This document shows positions 40,565 to 53,258 of a DNA stretch of 64,000 nt, piece after piece. The stretch lies in assembly GCF_006345805.1 (NCBI RefSeq), contig NC_043003.1:26846001-26910000 (forward strand), written 5' to 3'. This DNA is from Octopus sinensis. Lineage: Eukaryota. The notes under the pieces are model-generated. The model saw only the letters and a program-made list of their open reading frames with translations, was not told where the DNA came from and searched no databases. The first letter of the stretch is position 1, and the number at the start of each line of letters is the position of its first letter. A program made the position numbers and the translations under genes.

Positions 40565-40612
<48 letters not shown>

Positions 40613-40715
40613 TTATATATATATATATATGTTGGATAGTATGTATATTGTATATGTGCATATACATACATACATACATACATACACACATACATACATA
40701 CATACATACATACAT

Positions 40716-40746
<31 letters not shown>

Positions 40747-41876
40747 TACATACATACATACATACATACATACATACATACATACATACATACATACATA
40801 CATACATACATACTTAAACAGGCACACAAACGTACACACATTTAACTTTTAGAAAAAAGCGGATGGATTCGTCAGCGGGCAGTTTAGCTAATGTGTAAAG
40901 CACTTAGCCGGAGTCATATAAAGAGATATGTGTTCGAGTTTTCGAGCTGGTTGTTGACGAATTTTTCCGCTTTTTAAGGGTAATTTACCGAATGTTTCTC
41001 TGCGTTCGAAAATAAATTATCATCTTATTTCGGGCCCTGTGCATACATACACAAACATATATAATATATGTATATATATATGTATATATATACACACAAA
41101 TATAATTTCATATATGTATATCTATATGTATGCACATGAATATTGTTATATATGACCTATGTATGTGTGTATGTATGTGTATATATATATGTATGTATAT
41201 ATGAATATATATATATATAATACATGTCTATGTATGTACAAACTACGCTTATAGATACATTATGTATTATGTACTCTCCAAAGTAACACGCACACACACT
41301 CACACACATAGTCCCAAAAACACACATATACACACACAAATCCATACACATGTATTTCAGCGGTTCCATTTGGATATTGTTTATATGTATGCAAATATGT
41401 ATATGATATATAATATATGAAATATGTATATGATCTTATATGGTCTAATATGCGCGCGCACGCGTGTGTATTTCATACATATACATCACCATCGTTAGCT
41501 ACCACCAGATTCTCCTCCATCTCTAGGCATGACTACCACTAGCCACAACCACCCCCACCACTACCACCACCATACACGAAATGATATATCATGACATTTT
41601 AGTGTTACTCAATAAAACATATCATTCGATATCCTTTTTTTTTATCACATCTGCCATCAGTCAGTTATCTTACATAACGGCTATCACCATTGTAATATTT
41701 AGTAGCGAACCTCATTTCCTATTCTGTGCATGCTTTGCCTGTTACTACTACTACTACTACTACTGATGCTGCTACTGCTGCAACTACTACTACTAACAGC
41801 AGTACCACCACCACAAGAACAATAACTACTACTATTAACTACTTCTACTGCTCCTGCAGTAACTACCACTAACCAA

Positions 41877-41914
<38 letters not shown>

Positions 41915-42399
41915 TAACTCATTCAATTTTACTTCTTTCAATTGTAGGCGTAAGGCTCGACTGCTACTTATTTTTTTCGGCCCCGAAATGATGAAAGGCA
42001 AAGCCCACCTCGATGGAATTTGAAATAAGAGCATAAAGAACTGCGCAGAAAGACCCGAACGAAAGCCTCTAAGAGCAATAACGAATCTGCCAGCTCGCAA
42101 CCTTGATAGAAAAAAAATCTAAGTGACGCCCGGTCCCAAAATCGAACTCATGGACTTGCAATAGTGATGAGCCGCACAGCGTGACCACTCGCGACATGAC
42201 ATTGACCTACCACGACCATTCAATATTACCAAGCGGAGAAGGAAACCTATAGATGATCCTTTGGTCTGTTAGAAATAGCAGTTGAATTCCCTAGAATACC
42301 CTCCTCTGCAAGTGGACAAAGTATCAACAGATGTTGATGTATTTGTGGAAGTCTCGCGATTGCGAACGCAAGATTAGACTGAGTTTTGGGAGGTAATCC

Positions 42400-42870
42400 T
42401 GGTGATCATTGCCTGATTTACAGGAATGAGAGAAAAACTAACAACCAAAATGAATAGATGAATGTTGAGGTGGTTTGGCCACATGAAGAGGATGGATGAG
42501 GAGCGGATAGTAAAGATGGTGATGAAAGCTGAAGTGGCAAATCTAGAGGCAGACCTCGATTTGTGTTGATGGATGGAATGAGAAAAGCTTTGGCGGTTAG
42601 AGAAGTTGGAGTGAGAGAGGCAAGAGAGTTTATAAATGATAGGAAAGCTTGGAGAGTGTGGACGGATGAGTGAATTTGATGTTACTCAAAGACATACGGA
42701 ACCGGCATGATGCAGCGAGGGTAAACCAGCATATGCTATCGGGTTCTGCTGTTGATATTGGGGGTTGCGTTCTATGCCTTGACTCGAACATAGGACGGGG
42801 CTCGCCTCTTTGAGCTGGGAAATTAATGGAATGCCTGGTGTATGTCTTGTTGTGGCTACCCTCTTTAAAA
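42400..42870 (+). mobile_element. Old RTE-clade LINE 3' fragment
   Basis: MLRWFGHMKRMDEERIVKMVMKAEV..RGRPRF, followed by a 3' tail. Confidence 0.75.
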
Positions 42871-43019
42871 AAAACGAAAAACAAATGGGGAATAGGCCTG
42901 GGTGTATGTCTGTATGAATATATTTATTTACATATTTATATATTTGTCTACTTATTTCTTTTACAATTGCCCTCTCTGGGATGCTTCATTTTTCATAATA
43001 GTTTGGGTAAGATTAAGAC

Positions 43020-43870
43020 TGTAAGCCGGCAGAATCTTTAGCATGGTGGACAAAATGCTTGGCAGTATTTCTTCCGGTTCTTCACGTTTTAAGCTCAAGA
43101 TCTTCCGAAGTCAACTTTGCCTTTCATCCTTTAGAGGTCGATAAAATAAAGTACCACTCGAGTACTGGGGCCGAAGTGATTACTAGCCTTGCGCCAAATT
43201 ATAAATATAAATAAATGTTCCTTCTCGAGCCATGCCAGGCTCATAAGGGCCGGTTTCCCGGTTTCAGTGGCATAGAAATTCCCCTCCTGGACGGGATGCC
43301 GGTCCGTCGCAGGATTGCTCATTTTTGCCAGCTGAGTGGACTGGAGCAACGTGAAATAAAGTGTTTTGTCCAAGAACACAACGCATCGCCCGATCCAGGA
43401 ATCGAAACCCCAACCTTACGATCATGAGTTCAACACCCTAACCACTAAGCCACGCGCCTCCACTTGCGCCAAATTGCTTCACTCAAAATTACTGGCCTTC
43501 GAGAGAATCGTTAGCACGTCGGAAAAAAAGTAATGCTTAGCGACATTTCTTCCGAGTCTTTACGTTTTGAGGTCAAATCCTTCTGAGGTCAACTTTGCAT
43601 TTCGTCCTTTCGAGGCCGATAACATAAAGAACCAGTCGAGTACTGGGGCCAAGGTTATCGACTTGCTCACTTCCCTCAAAATGTCTAGCCTTGCACCAAA
43701 ATTAGAGAGAAATATTTATGGCGGCAAGCTGGCAGAATCGTTAGGGCGTCGGGAAAAAAAATAATGCTTAGCGGCATTTCCTCTGAGTCTTTACGTTCTG
43801 AGCTCAACCTTCTAAGGTCAATTTTGGTTTTCATCCTTTCGAGGTCGATAAAGTAAAGTGTCAGTCGAAA
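43020..43870 (+). mobile_element. Cluster of family A SINEs with a nested family C SINE (43200-43463, minus)
   Basis: Three diverged A units. The C insertion is bracketed by the duplicated CTTGCGCCAAATT (13-bp TSD at about 43188 and 43463). Confidence 0.8.
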
Positions 43871-44409
43871 TTAGAAAGAAATATTTCGAGAAAAACCAGG
43901 AAGAACAATTGCATTCTAGGCGTAACTGTGCATAAACTAAAAAAAAAAGAAAAGACAATATCTGGATCTTCGCAGCGGAAGTTTGTCTTCCGGCAACTCA
44001 TTTGAAGTCTTTCTTTCTTTATTTCTTTCTTTTTATGCTGTAAGCACTCTAGACGAGATTGCTGTTTTTGCTGTTACACTTAGCTCTCTGACGTTGCTGT
44101 TACACTTAGCTCTCTCATGAATTTCCATGAGAGAGTATAGCTATTGAAGTACATCCTTTTTTCCAAAATGGATGTGCTCAAATTTCTTCTACTTTAAACA
44201 TTAGACGTTTTTTTGTCTAGTTATTTAGGTCAGATCAGAGTTTTGTCCAATGTTCCTTCTAAGCTGCGTATTGTACGTGCGCGGGCACGTTTTACAATTA
44301 GCGTACAACGAAATATGTGCACATAAGGTTTGCAAGACGAAATCGGAATTTTCTTTTAATTGAAAATGAAAAAAAAACCATACATGCATGGATGCATACT
44401 CTCTCTTTC

Positions 44410-44815
44410 TCTTTTACTTGTTTCAGGCATTTGACTGCGGCCATGCTGGAGCACCATCTTTAGTCGAGCAAACGACCCCCAGGACTTATTCTTTGTAAGC
44501 CTAGTACTTATTCTATCGGTCTCTTTTGCCGAACCGCTAAGTTACGGGGACGTAAACAAACGAGCATCGGTTGTCAAGTGATGTGGGAGGGGGGACAAAT
44601 ACAGACACACAAACATATGCACACACACATACATATATCTATACATATATAGACGGGCTTCTTTCAGTTTCCGTCCACCAAATCCACTCACAAGGCTTTG
44701 GTCGGCCCGAGGCTATAGTAGAAGACACTTGCCCAAGGTGCCACGCAGTGGGACTGACCCCGGAAACATGTGGTTGGTGAGCAAGCTACTTACCACACAG
44801 CCAGTCCTACGCCTA
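44410..44815 (-). mobile_element. SINE family B, full length
   Basis: Reverse complement of the consensus, head to tail. Confidence 0.85.
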
Positions 44816-45828
44816 TATTGCTTATATTTGGTCATTTGCTCCGTTGACAACTTTCTGAAGCATACATTCATCAGCAACCAGTTTTCTTTCAACCCCGTAG
44901 CATTCAAACCAGCCATAACTGTCCCAAATATTCCACCTATTTTATTTTCAAATCAGCCAGGTCTGGCCTCTCAGACTTATCCTAGAATGCCATTCTAACA
45001 ATAAAACAATCACACTATTTGCATATGTGTGTGCGACAGGCTTCTTTCAGTTTCCGTCTACCAAATCCACGTACAAGGCTTTTGCAGGTCCGAGGCTATA
45101 TAGCACGAGACACGTGTCCAAGGTGCCATGCAGTGCGACTGAACCCGGGACCATGTGGTCGGGAAACAAACATCTTACCACACTGCCAGACCATTGCAAC
45201 TATGCATAAATACATGCATACGCACAAACTCACACATCCGCATGCATACAGACACAGACACAAACACACACATACACACATAGACACACACACACACATA
45301 CACAATACAACTATGCTTATACATACACACATATATATATGTATATACACAATACACACACACATACACACACAAACACACACATACACAACACACACAC
45401 ACATACATACGCAAGCAATAATGTATTACACATCCATGCATCCGTACATACATACACACATGCATATATACCTGCAAAAAAGAACACACATACAAACATA
45501 CATAAATATATACGAGCAGAGCTACCCGGCGTTGCTTGGGATATAATGGCATAGTTTTTTATTCTTTTATCTGTTTCAGTCATGTGACTGCGGCCGTGCT
45601 GGAGCACCGCCTTTAGTCGAACAAATCGACCCTAGGGTTTATTTGTTGTGAGCCTATTACTTATTCTACCGGTAACTTTTGCCGAACCACTAAGTTACTG
45701 GGACGTAAACACAGCAACATCAGTTGTCAAGCGAAGGTGGGGGTACAAACACAAACACGCACCCCCACCAACAAACATACACATATATACGACAGTCTTC
45801 TGTTGTATATACACACACACACACACAC

Positions 45829-45862
<34 letters not shown>

Positions 45863-46005
45863 GCATTTATATATATACATATATGTATATACATACACAC
45901 ACATATATACATATATATACATACACACCACACATATATATACATTATATATACATAAATAAATATATAATACATATATATACATATATATACATACATA
46001 TATAT

Positions 46006-46056
<51 letters not shown>

Positions 46057-46489
46057 TATATATACATATATATACATACATACATACTTACATAAAACTA
46101 CATCACGTTTAGTAAAGAAAAGGAGATCACGTATCTACCTTGTCGCTGTTATGTACGCAGAGACCGAGAGGCAAACAATTTTATATATATATAGATTAAG
46201 CACGTGTATTAAATGTTAATTTAAAGGTTGATATGTAACGTTGCAACTGCTACGATAATTATTAACTGGTAATTGAACACTAACTGTGTAAAATAAGATG
46301 ATCTAAGTATTACGACATTAGAATTAAAAGTGAAAGAATAAAGGTGAAACAATATTATAGTCTTATGATATTAGAAAGTGGAACAATATTATATCACATT
46401 ACAATATAGACGTTATTGTTTCACTTTTGACACGTAATGCCGAACCGGTGTAAGAGATTGCTCCGGGCCCGCATTAGGCAAGAAATTAA

Positions 46490-46644
46490 AAATCTTTTGG
46501 CCCATGATACTCCAGGGACCCTAAGTAATGCATGTGTAAAATTTGAATGAAATCGGTTTCGTAGTTTTCGACTTTTAGTGATTCATACATATATTCACAC
46601 AGACAGACACAACGCACACACATTCTCAGTTTTATATATATAGA
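46490..46644 (-). mobile_element. Helitron-type non-autonomous element, 5' part
   Basis: Minus strand begins TCTATATATATAAAACTGAGAATGTG and is homologous to 26522-26700. Confidence 0.62.
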
Positions 46645-47334
46645 TATATAGGCATACAAACAGACGGACAGACCTACAAGCAGACAGAGACATACATACA
46701 TACAAACATACAGACAGACGGACAGGTGGACAGAGAAACTGACTTTATACCAACTCTCCACCACACCCACCACCACCACCACTAAAACAATACAAACAAT
46801 AGACAACCACGATGTTGACATCAAAGAAATGTAAGTTATGGTCGGGTAGAAAGTCAAAATAAACTTTTAAAACAAATTTTTTTTTATTTTCAAAATGTCA
46901 GCCATCCAACCCGCCATTGCATCATCCCCTAATATGTGGAACCTTTCTATGCGGTCTAGTCTCTGAAGTCGTGAGAAATAACAGCTAAATGAACCCCCAA
47001 ATCATGTTTTAATAATTGCATCTGTCAGAACGACTGACATGATGGCAAGTGGTTAAAAACGTTCTGTAGATTTCCCTATTGTCTTTTGTTTTGGATTTGC
47101 ATGTCCCGAGACATAGAGCGGGGAGCTTCGAAATAAATACTTTTGCAAGGCCGAGCAAAAATTGCTTTTGGGCCCAAACTAGCAAGAGTGAAATCTTTCT
47201 CTCTCCGCTTACCCTCTTCGTAAATCTGTAGGCTCCCTTCGTAGATGCCTAGAGTCCCACCGGATATCTCCGAGCCCACCTTTTTTTTTAATATCCCTGC
47301 CCCGACCCCCATACACTGGCTGAACCTCTCTCTC

Positions 47335-47775
47335 CGATAAATCAAGTACCAGTTACGCTCTGGGGTCGATGTAATCGACTTAATCCGTTTGTCTGTCCTT
47401 GTTCGCCCCCTTTTTGTTTAGCCCCTTGTGGGTAGTAAAAAATAGCTATTTCATCTACCGCTACGTTCTGAGTTCAAATTCCGCCGAGGTCGAATTTACC
47501 TTTCATCCTTTCGGGGTGATTTAAATAAGTAACAGTTACGCACTGGGGTCGATATAATCGACTTAATCCGTTTGTCTGTCCTAGTTTGTCCTCTCTGTGT
47601 GGGTAGTAAAGAAATATGTATTTCGTCTGTGTTTACGTTCTAAGTTCAAATTCCGCCGAGGTCGACTTTGCCTTTCATCCTTTCGGGGTCGATAAATTAA
47701 GTACCAGCTGCGTACTGGGGTCTATCTAGTTGACTAGTCCCTTTCCAAAAATTTCGGGCCTTGTGCCTAGAGTCA
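47335..47775 (+). mobile_element. SINE family A tandem trimer (first unit truncated)
   Basis: Units of about 175 bp that restart at TATTTCGTCT after TAAAGAAATA. Confidence 0.85.
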
Positions 47776-48397
47776 AAAAAGATTATATGTAAAAATACAC
47801 CTGGCTAGCTTCGATACAGTTTCCATTAATCAGATTTCAATCATTTGGTTTGCGTTAATCCGAGGCTTTAGAAAATAACACTAACCGAAGTTGCCACGCA
47901 GCGAAAACGAACTTCTTAATCCTTTGCTCACACTGCGCCTACACGTACACCTGTGGCCCTTATATAGGTGCGAGTGTGGCTGTGTGGTAAGAAGCATGCT
48001 TCCCAACCACGTGATTTGGGGTTGAGTCCACTGTGCGGCACCTTGAGTGTCTTCTACTATAGCCTCGACCCAGTCAATCTTGTAGGTGCATTTGGTTGGC
48101 GGAAATTGAAAGAATCCTGTCGTATATACACATACATATGTAGCTTAGTGGTTAGGGTGATGAACTCATGATCGATTCCTGGACCGGGCGATGCGTTGTG
48201 TTCTTGAGCAAAACACTTCATTTTTACGTTGCTCCAGTCCACTCAGCTGGCAAAAATGAGTAATCTTGCGACGGACCAGCGTCCCATCCAGGTGGGGAAT
48301 TTCTACGCCACTGAAACTGGGAAAACGGCCCTTATGAGCTTGGCATGGCTCGAGAAGGAACATTTAAAATTTTTTTATACACACACACATATTTGTT

Positions 48398-48441
<44 letters not shown>

Positions 48442-48842
48442 TTCATGTCTATGTTCGACTACACGACTGCTTGACAACCGGTGTTGGTGTGTTTACATCC
48501 CATGACTTAACGGTTCAGCAAAGAGACTGATAGAATAAGTACCAGGCTTTAAAAAAAAGAAAGAAAACAAGTAATGGGGTCCATTCATCCGATTAAGAAC
48601 TCTTCAGTAAGGTGCTCCAGCATGGCCGCAATCTAATGACTGAAACAAGCAAAAGATAAAAATTATAAGTCAAACATACAGGCGCAGGAGTAGCTGTGTG
48701 ATAAGAAACTTGCTTCCAAACCACATGGTTCCGGGTTCAGTCCCACTGCGTGACACCTTAGGCAGTTGTCTTCTACTATAGCCTCGGGCCGGCCAAAGCC
48801 TTGCGAGCAGGTTTAGTAGACGGAAACTGAAAGAAGCCTGTC

Positions 48843-48908
<66 letters not shown>

Positions 48909-49604
48909 ATATATATATATATATATTATATATATATATATATTATTTCTTTACTGCCCACTAGGAGACAAACAAGAACAGACAAACGGATTAGGTCGAT
49001 TATGTCGACCCCAGTGCGTAACTGGTATTTATTTAATCGACCCCGAAAGGATGACAGGCAAAGTCGACCTTGGCGGAATTTGAACTCAGAACATAACGAC
49101 AGACGAAATACTGCTAAGCATTTCGCCCGGCATGCTAACGTTTCTGCCAGCTCGCCGATATACACACATATATATATATATATTCATAAATGAGGGTGAA
49201 AAATTAGATATTAATTTAATAATACCATCAGTTTAACACCAAGTGGCCTAGCACATAAAAAACCAGGGAGACAATACAAATTTATACGTAAATATAAGAG
49301 AGTTACCGTTAAGTGGTTAACTCTAGTGCTAGAAATAGCTCCTTATTCTGGTATAGCCACCGAAGTTGCTTTCACAAAAGAAATAACATTACCGCCAACG
49401 TATGGAAAGCGAAATACAACGAAAAGATAAATTAATGCTGAACAATTGTTTCTTTATCAACATAATATGCAATTATACTTACATATTTATCTATAAATCA
49501 TCAGCAGCATTTGTTTTCGATACAATTTATTAGACCCACACGGGCGATAAATACCCATGCGGTCCAATCGATTGCATACGTAACGGTAACTCTCTTATAT
49601 TTAC

Positions 49605-49661
<57 letters not shown>

Positions 49662-49970
49662 CATAAGGGACATCAGCCATCTGAATGTGGCTAGGGACAG
49701 GGCAGGGCGGTGGGGGTGTTACTGATGCATTTAGGTTCGTCGAGGAGCAGTGCCTACCATGCGTTGATAATAGGCAAACACCTTGAAAACTAGGTCCGTA
49801 TGTGGCATCCGCTTCTTCGGGGAATGATCTCCCTTTGCAGGCTAGAGGATGCTGTGATGGTGTCAGCCCTCCTGGTGACGTTGATGATCGCCTGGGGCTA
49901 AATGCATTAGTAACACCCCCACCGCCCTGCCCTGTCCCTAGCCACATTCAGATGGCTGATGTCCCTTATG
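49662..49970. repeat. 73-bp inverted repeat (1 mismatch) inside (TA)n
   Basis: 49662-49734 versus 49898-49970, with a 163-bp spacer. Confidence 0.95.
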
Positions 49971-50018
49971 TTATGGAGCAGTTACTGTTTATATCTCGTC
50001 TAGCGATTATTATTGCTA

Positions 50019-50057
<39 letters not shown>

Positions 50058-50060
<3 letters not shown>

Positions 50061-50141
50061 AGATAGGGCAGAAGAAAAATTCTAATGCCAAATATGCCGA
50101 AACATATTGGCATTAGAATTTTTCTTCTGCCCTTATCTTGT
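50058..50141. repeat. Near-perfect palindrome, about 38-bp arms, inside (TA)n
   Basis: ACAAGATAGGGCAGAAGAAAAATTCTAATGCCAAATATG-ccgaaa-CATATTGGCATTAGAATTTTTCTTCTGCCCTTATCTTGT. Confidence 0.93.
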
Positions 50142-50229
50142 AAATTATGTATAAATTTTACCTTTAAAGGCATTTTTTGATATGCTGGCCATTGATAAAA
50201 AATTTTCCCGAAAAAAATTTTATCCTATA

Positions 50230-50270
<41 letters not shown>

Positions 50271-52129
50271 TGTGTGTTTGTGTTTGTCCCCCACCATCAC
50301 CATCGCTTGACAACCAACCGATAGAATAAGTACTGAGCTTACAAAGAATAAGTCCTGGGACGGATTTGCTCGACGAAAGGCGGTGCCCCAACATGGCCGC
50401 TGTCAAATAACTGAAACAAAGACAAATAAAAGAATAAAAAAAAACATTTCACATCTGGTTTTGGTCCGTCACCAATTGAAATGGGGACTTCACATCTGTT
50501 GGCCTTAGCCTATTTACGGGTTTGAGCATTTAAGGTTAGGGATCTAGTTATACACAGACTTAGTTATAATATCGACTGTCTGTCTACTCTATGTGAATAT
50601 TCTATGCTAAGTGAACCCCTCATCAATCACTCGATTTGCTGTAAATAGCAGTCATATCTCACCCAAATCATACACACTAAAAAATAGGAAACCCTGAACA
50701 ATGTGGTCGCTAATACACAAAAAGACGGGATGGTCATAATGTGAACGGCATTCATCACAAGTTTACACGTTCATGGCGGCCCTAGTACTAAACAACAAAA
50801 CTGTCCACAAAACGTTCGTTATTTTGTATGTGTATATTCACAAAACGTGGAAACGCATGGCTTAGTGGTTAGGGTGTCAGCATCATGATCGTAAGATTGT
50901 GGTTTCGATTCCTGGACTTGGTGACGCGTTGTGTTCTTAAGCAAAACACTTCATTTCACGTTGCTCCAGTCCATTCTACGATGGACTGGCGTCACGTCCA
51001 TCTGGGGAACACATACACCATAGAAACCGGGCCCATGATCCTGGCTAGACTCTAAAAGGGCGCATTTATTTATTTCATATATTCACAAAACATACAAAAA
51101 TATTGGTGAACATCTGACAAACCAGAATGTCGAACAAAATGAATTATAGCTTGGTTTAAGTTGTGCAGGTCCTCATGGTGACGTTCATCGCACGAAATAC
51201 AATAAACGAACAATCAATCGTTGGTAAAAACTGTAACTACCGACGCTATAGTTCACATATACCTTATATAAAAACGGCATGTATACATACATACGTACAT
51301 ACATACACACACAATCACACACACTCATACACACACACACTCATACACACACCACACTTATACCCACACCACACAGCCACATACATGCAGGTACACACAC
51401 ACACACGCACGCACGCACACACACACACACACACACACACGCACGCACGCACGCACACACGCACGCACATACCCCATACGTCTGTTGCCCAGCAATTTTA
51501 CTCCAGACTCCTACGTGAAACCTAACGCCCGTTTAGAAGAAATAGCAGCTAAATCTCACTCGAAGACACTGTTCCTCCTCAGGTTCATTACACGCAACGA
51601 AAAGACGAGATGGTCACGGTTAGAATGCCCTTGATCAGAGGCCTGCTCAGTCATGACTGACCTGCGCCTTAACAAACACAAGTACTGTTTAGATGCATCT
51701 TTATCAAAACAATGATAGCATGTGACTTGAGGGAAATTTGACTGTTAGTTCTAGTTGAACAACCTGTCATATGAGTGTCGCCTTGTCCGGGACTGAAATT
51801 TGACGGCATTTCGGAATCAAAAAAGGTAGTTTTTCTATTTTTTTAGTGACCTTGTGTTGATTCTGATACTGGGTGTCCAGGATTTTATCTTTACAATTTG
51901 AAAATTTCAGTAAAAGAAAAGTGAAAAATTAGGATAATCCAGAAGATGTTTATTGGAAAGCAGGGAAAACAAAACAGGTTTTATGAGAACCATCAGAACA
52001 CTTCCACGTGTTCTGACGTTTCCAATAAAAAAACAGTTGATTGACTTTAATAGATACTATATAAATTGTAGAAGTTGTAAAGATAATTTATGAACACGTT
52101 GTATGTATGTGTGTGTGTGTGTGCATACG

Positions 52130-52981
52130 TACATACCATGAGCCTCAGATAAGGGTGAACGGACGGATCCTACGAGTGGTGGAAAACTTCACCTACCTGG
52201 GCAGCACTCTCTCCTGCAATGCCAACATAGATGCTGAAACCATCAACAGAATCTCCAAGGCAAGCAGCGCGTTTGGGAGACTGCGAAAGAAAGTCTGGGA
52301 GCGGAGAGGAATCAGCCTCAACACCAAGCTGAAAGTCTACCGGGCAGTCGTGCTTACCACCCTACTATACGGCTGCGAGACGTGGACTGCTTACCGAAGG
52401 CACGAGCGCCAGATAAACCACTTCCATCTCAGGTGTCTTCGGAACCTCCTTCACATCCGCTGGCAGGACAAAGTCCCAGACACGGAAGTTCTGAAGCAGG
52501 CAGATCTCCCTGGCACCACCACAATCATGCGCAAGGCCCAGCTGAGATGGACGGGCCACGTCTCCCGCATGTCCGACACTCGCATCCCAAAACAGCTCTT
52601 CTACGGTGAACTCGGCCAGGGCAGGCGCAAAGTCGGAGGGCAGAAGAAGCGCTACAAGGATAGTCTCAAGGTCTCTCTCAAAGACTTCTCCATCGAACAG
52701 AGACCTGGAGACACTTGCTGCCAACCGCTCATCCTGGCGCAGCGCAATCACACCGTGGGAGCAGGGACAGCCGAGGAGGGACGGATTCGGTCAGCGGAGC
52801 AGAAACGTCAGATGCGTAAAGCCAGAGCCGCCTGCACCAGTAGCACGGCCCCTACCCACTTCTGCCCCACCTGTGGGAGGGGCTTCCTTGCCCGGATTGG
52901 CCTCACCAGCCACCTCCGGTCTCATGGCGCCAGTTCCATCAGATGATGTCAGTTGGTCATCTTCGAACCGAAGGACGAACA
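52130..52981 (+). mobile_element. RTE/BovB-like LINE 3' fragment, young
   Basis: VENFTYLGSTLS..RISKASSAFGRL..TKLKVYRAVVLTTLLYGCETW..QLRWTGHVSRM..CPTCGRGFLARIGLTSHLRSH (C2H2). GC-rich, with the tail CATCTTCGAACCGAAGGACGAAC. Confidence 0.93.
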
Positions 52982-52999
52982 TTATATTATTATTATTAC

Positions 53000-53102
<103 letters not shown>

Positions 53103-53165
53103 TTATAAACATTATTGGTGAATTGAAGAAATGGAGCTGAACGCAGATTGAACAGAAATCGTTTT

Positions 53166-53258
53166 ATTTCATTCTACACGTGTTTCGAAAGGCACAAATT
53201 ACCAAAATCCGATTGAATAATGGGACCATATTGTGTCTTTCTCTTCAGGAAGAAAATA
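53166..53258 (-). ncRNA. Type-I hammerhead ribozyme motif, canonical core
   Basis: Minus strand: TTC-CTGAAGA-GAAAGACACAA..TTGTGCCTTTC-GAAA-CACGTG-TA-GAA. Palindromic stem III ACACGTGT, and stem I can extend. It lies in a TA-flanked element at 53105-53420. Confidence 0.82.

Noticed and set aside
47213-47290. Minus-strand donor AGG|GTAAGC within ORF 47076-47345
   Set aside because: There is no pyrimidine-rich acceptor and no recognisable peptide.
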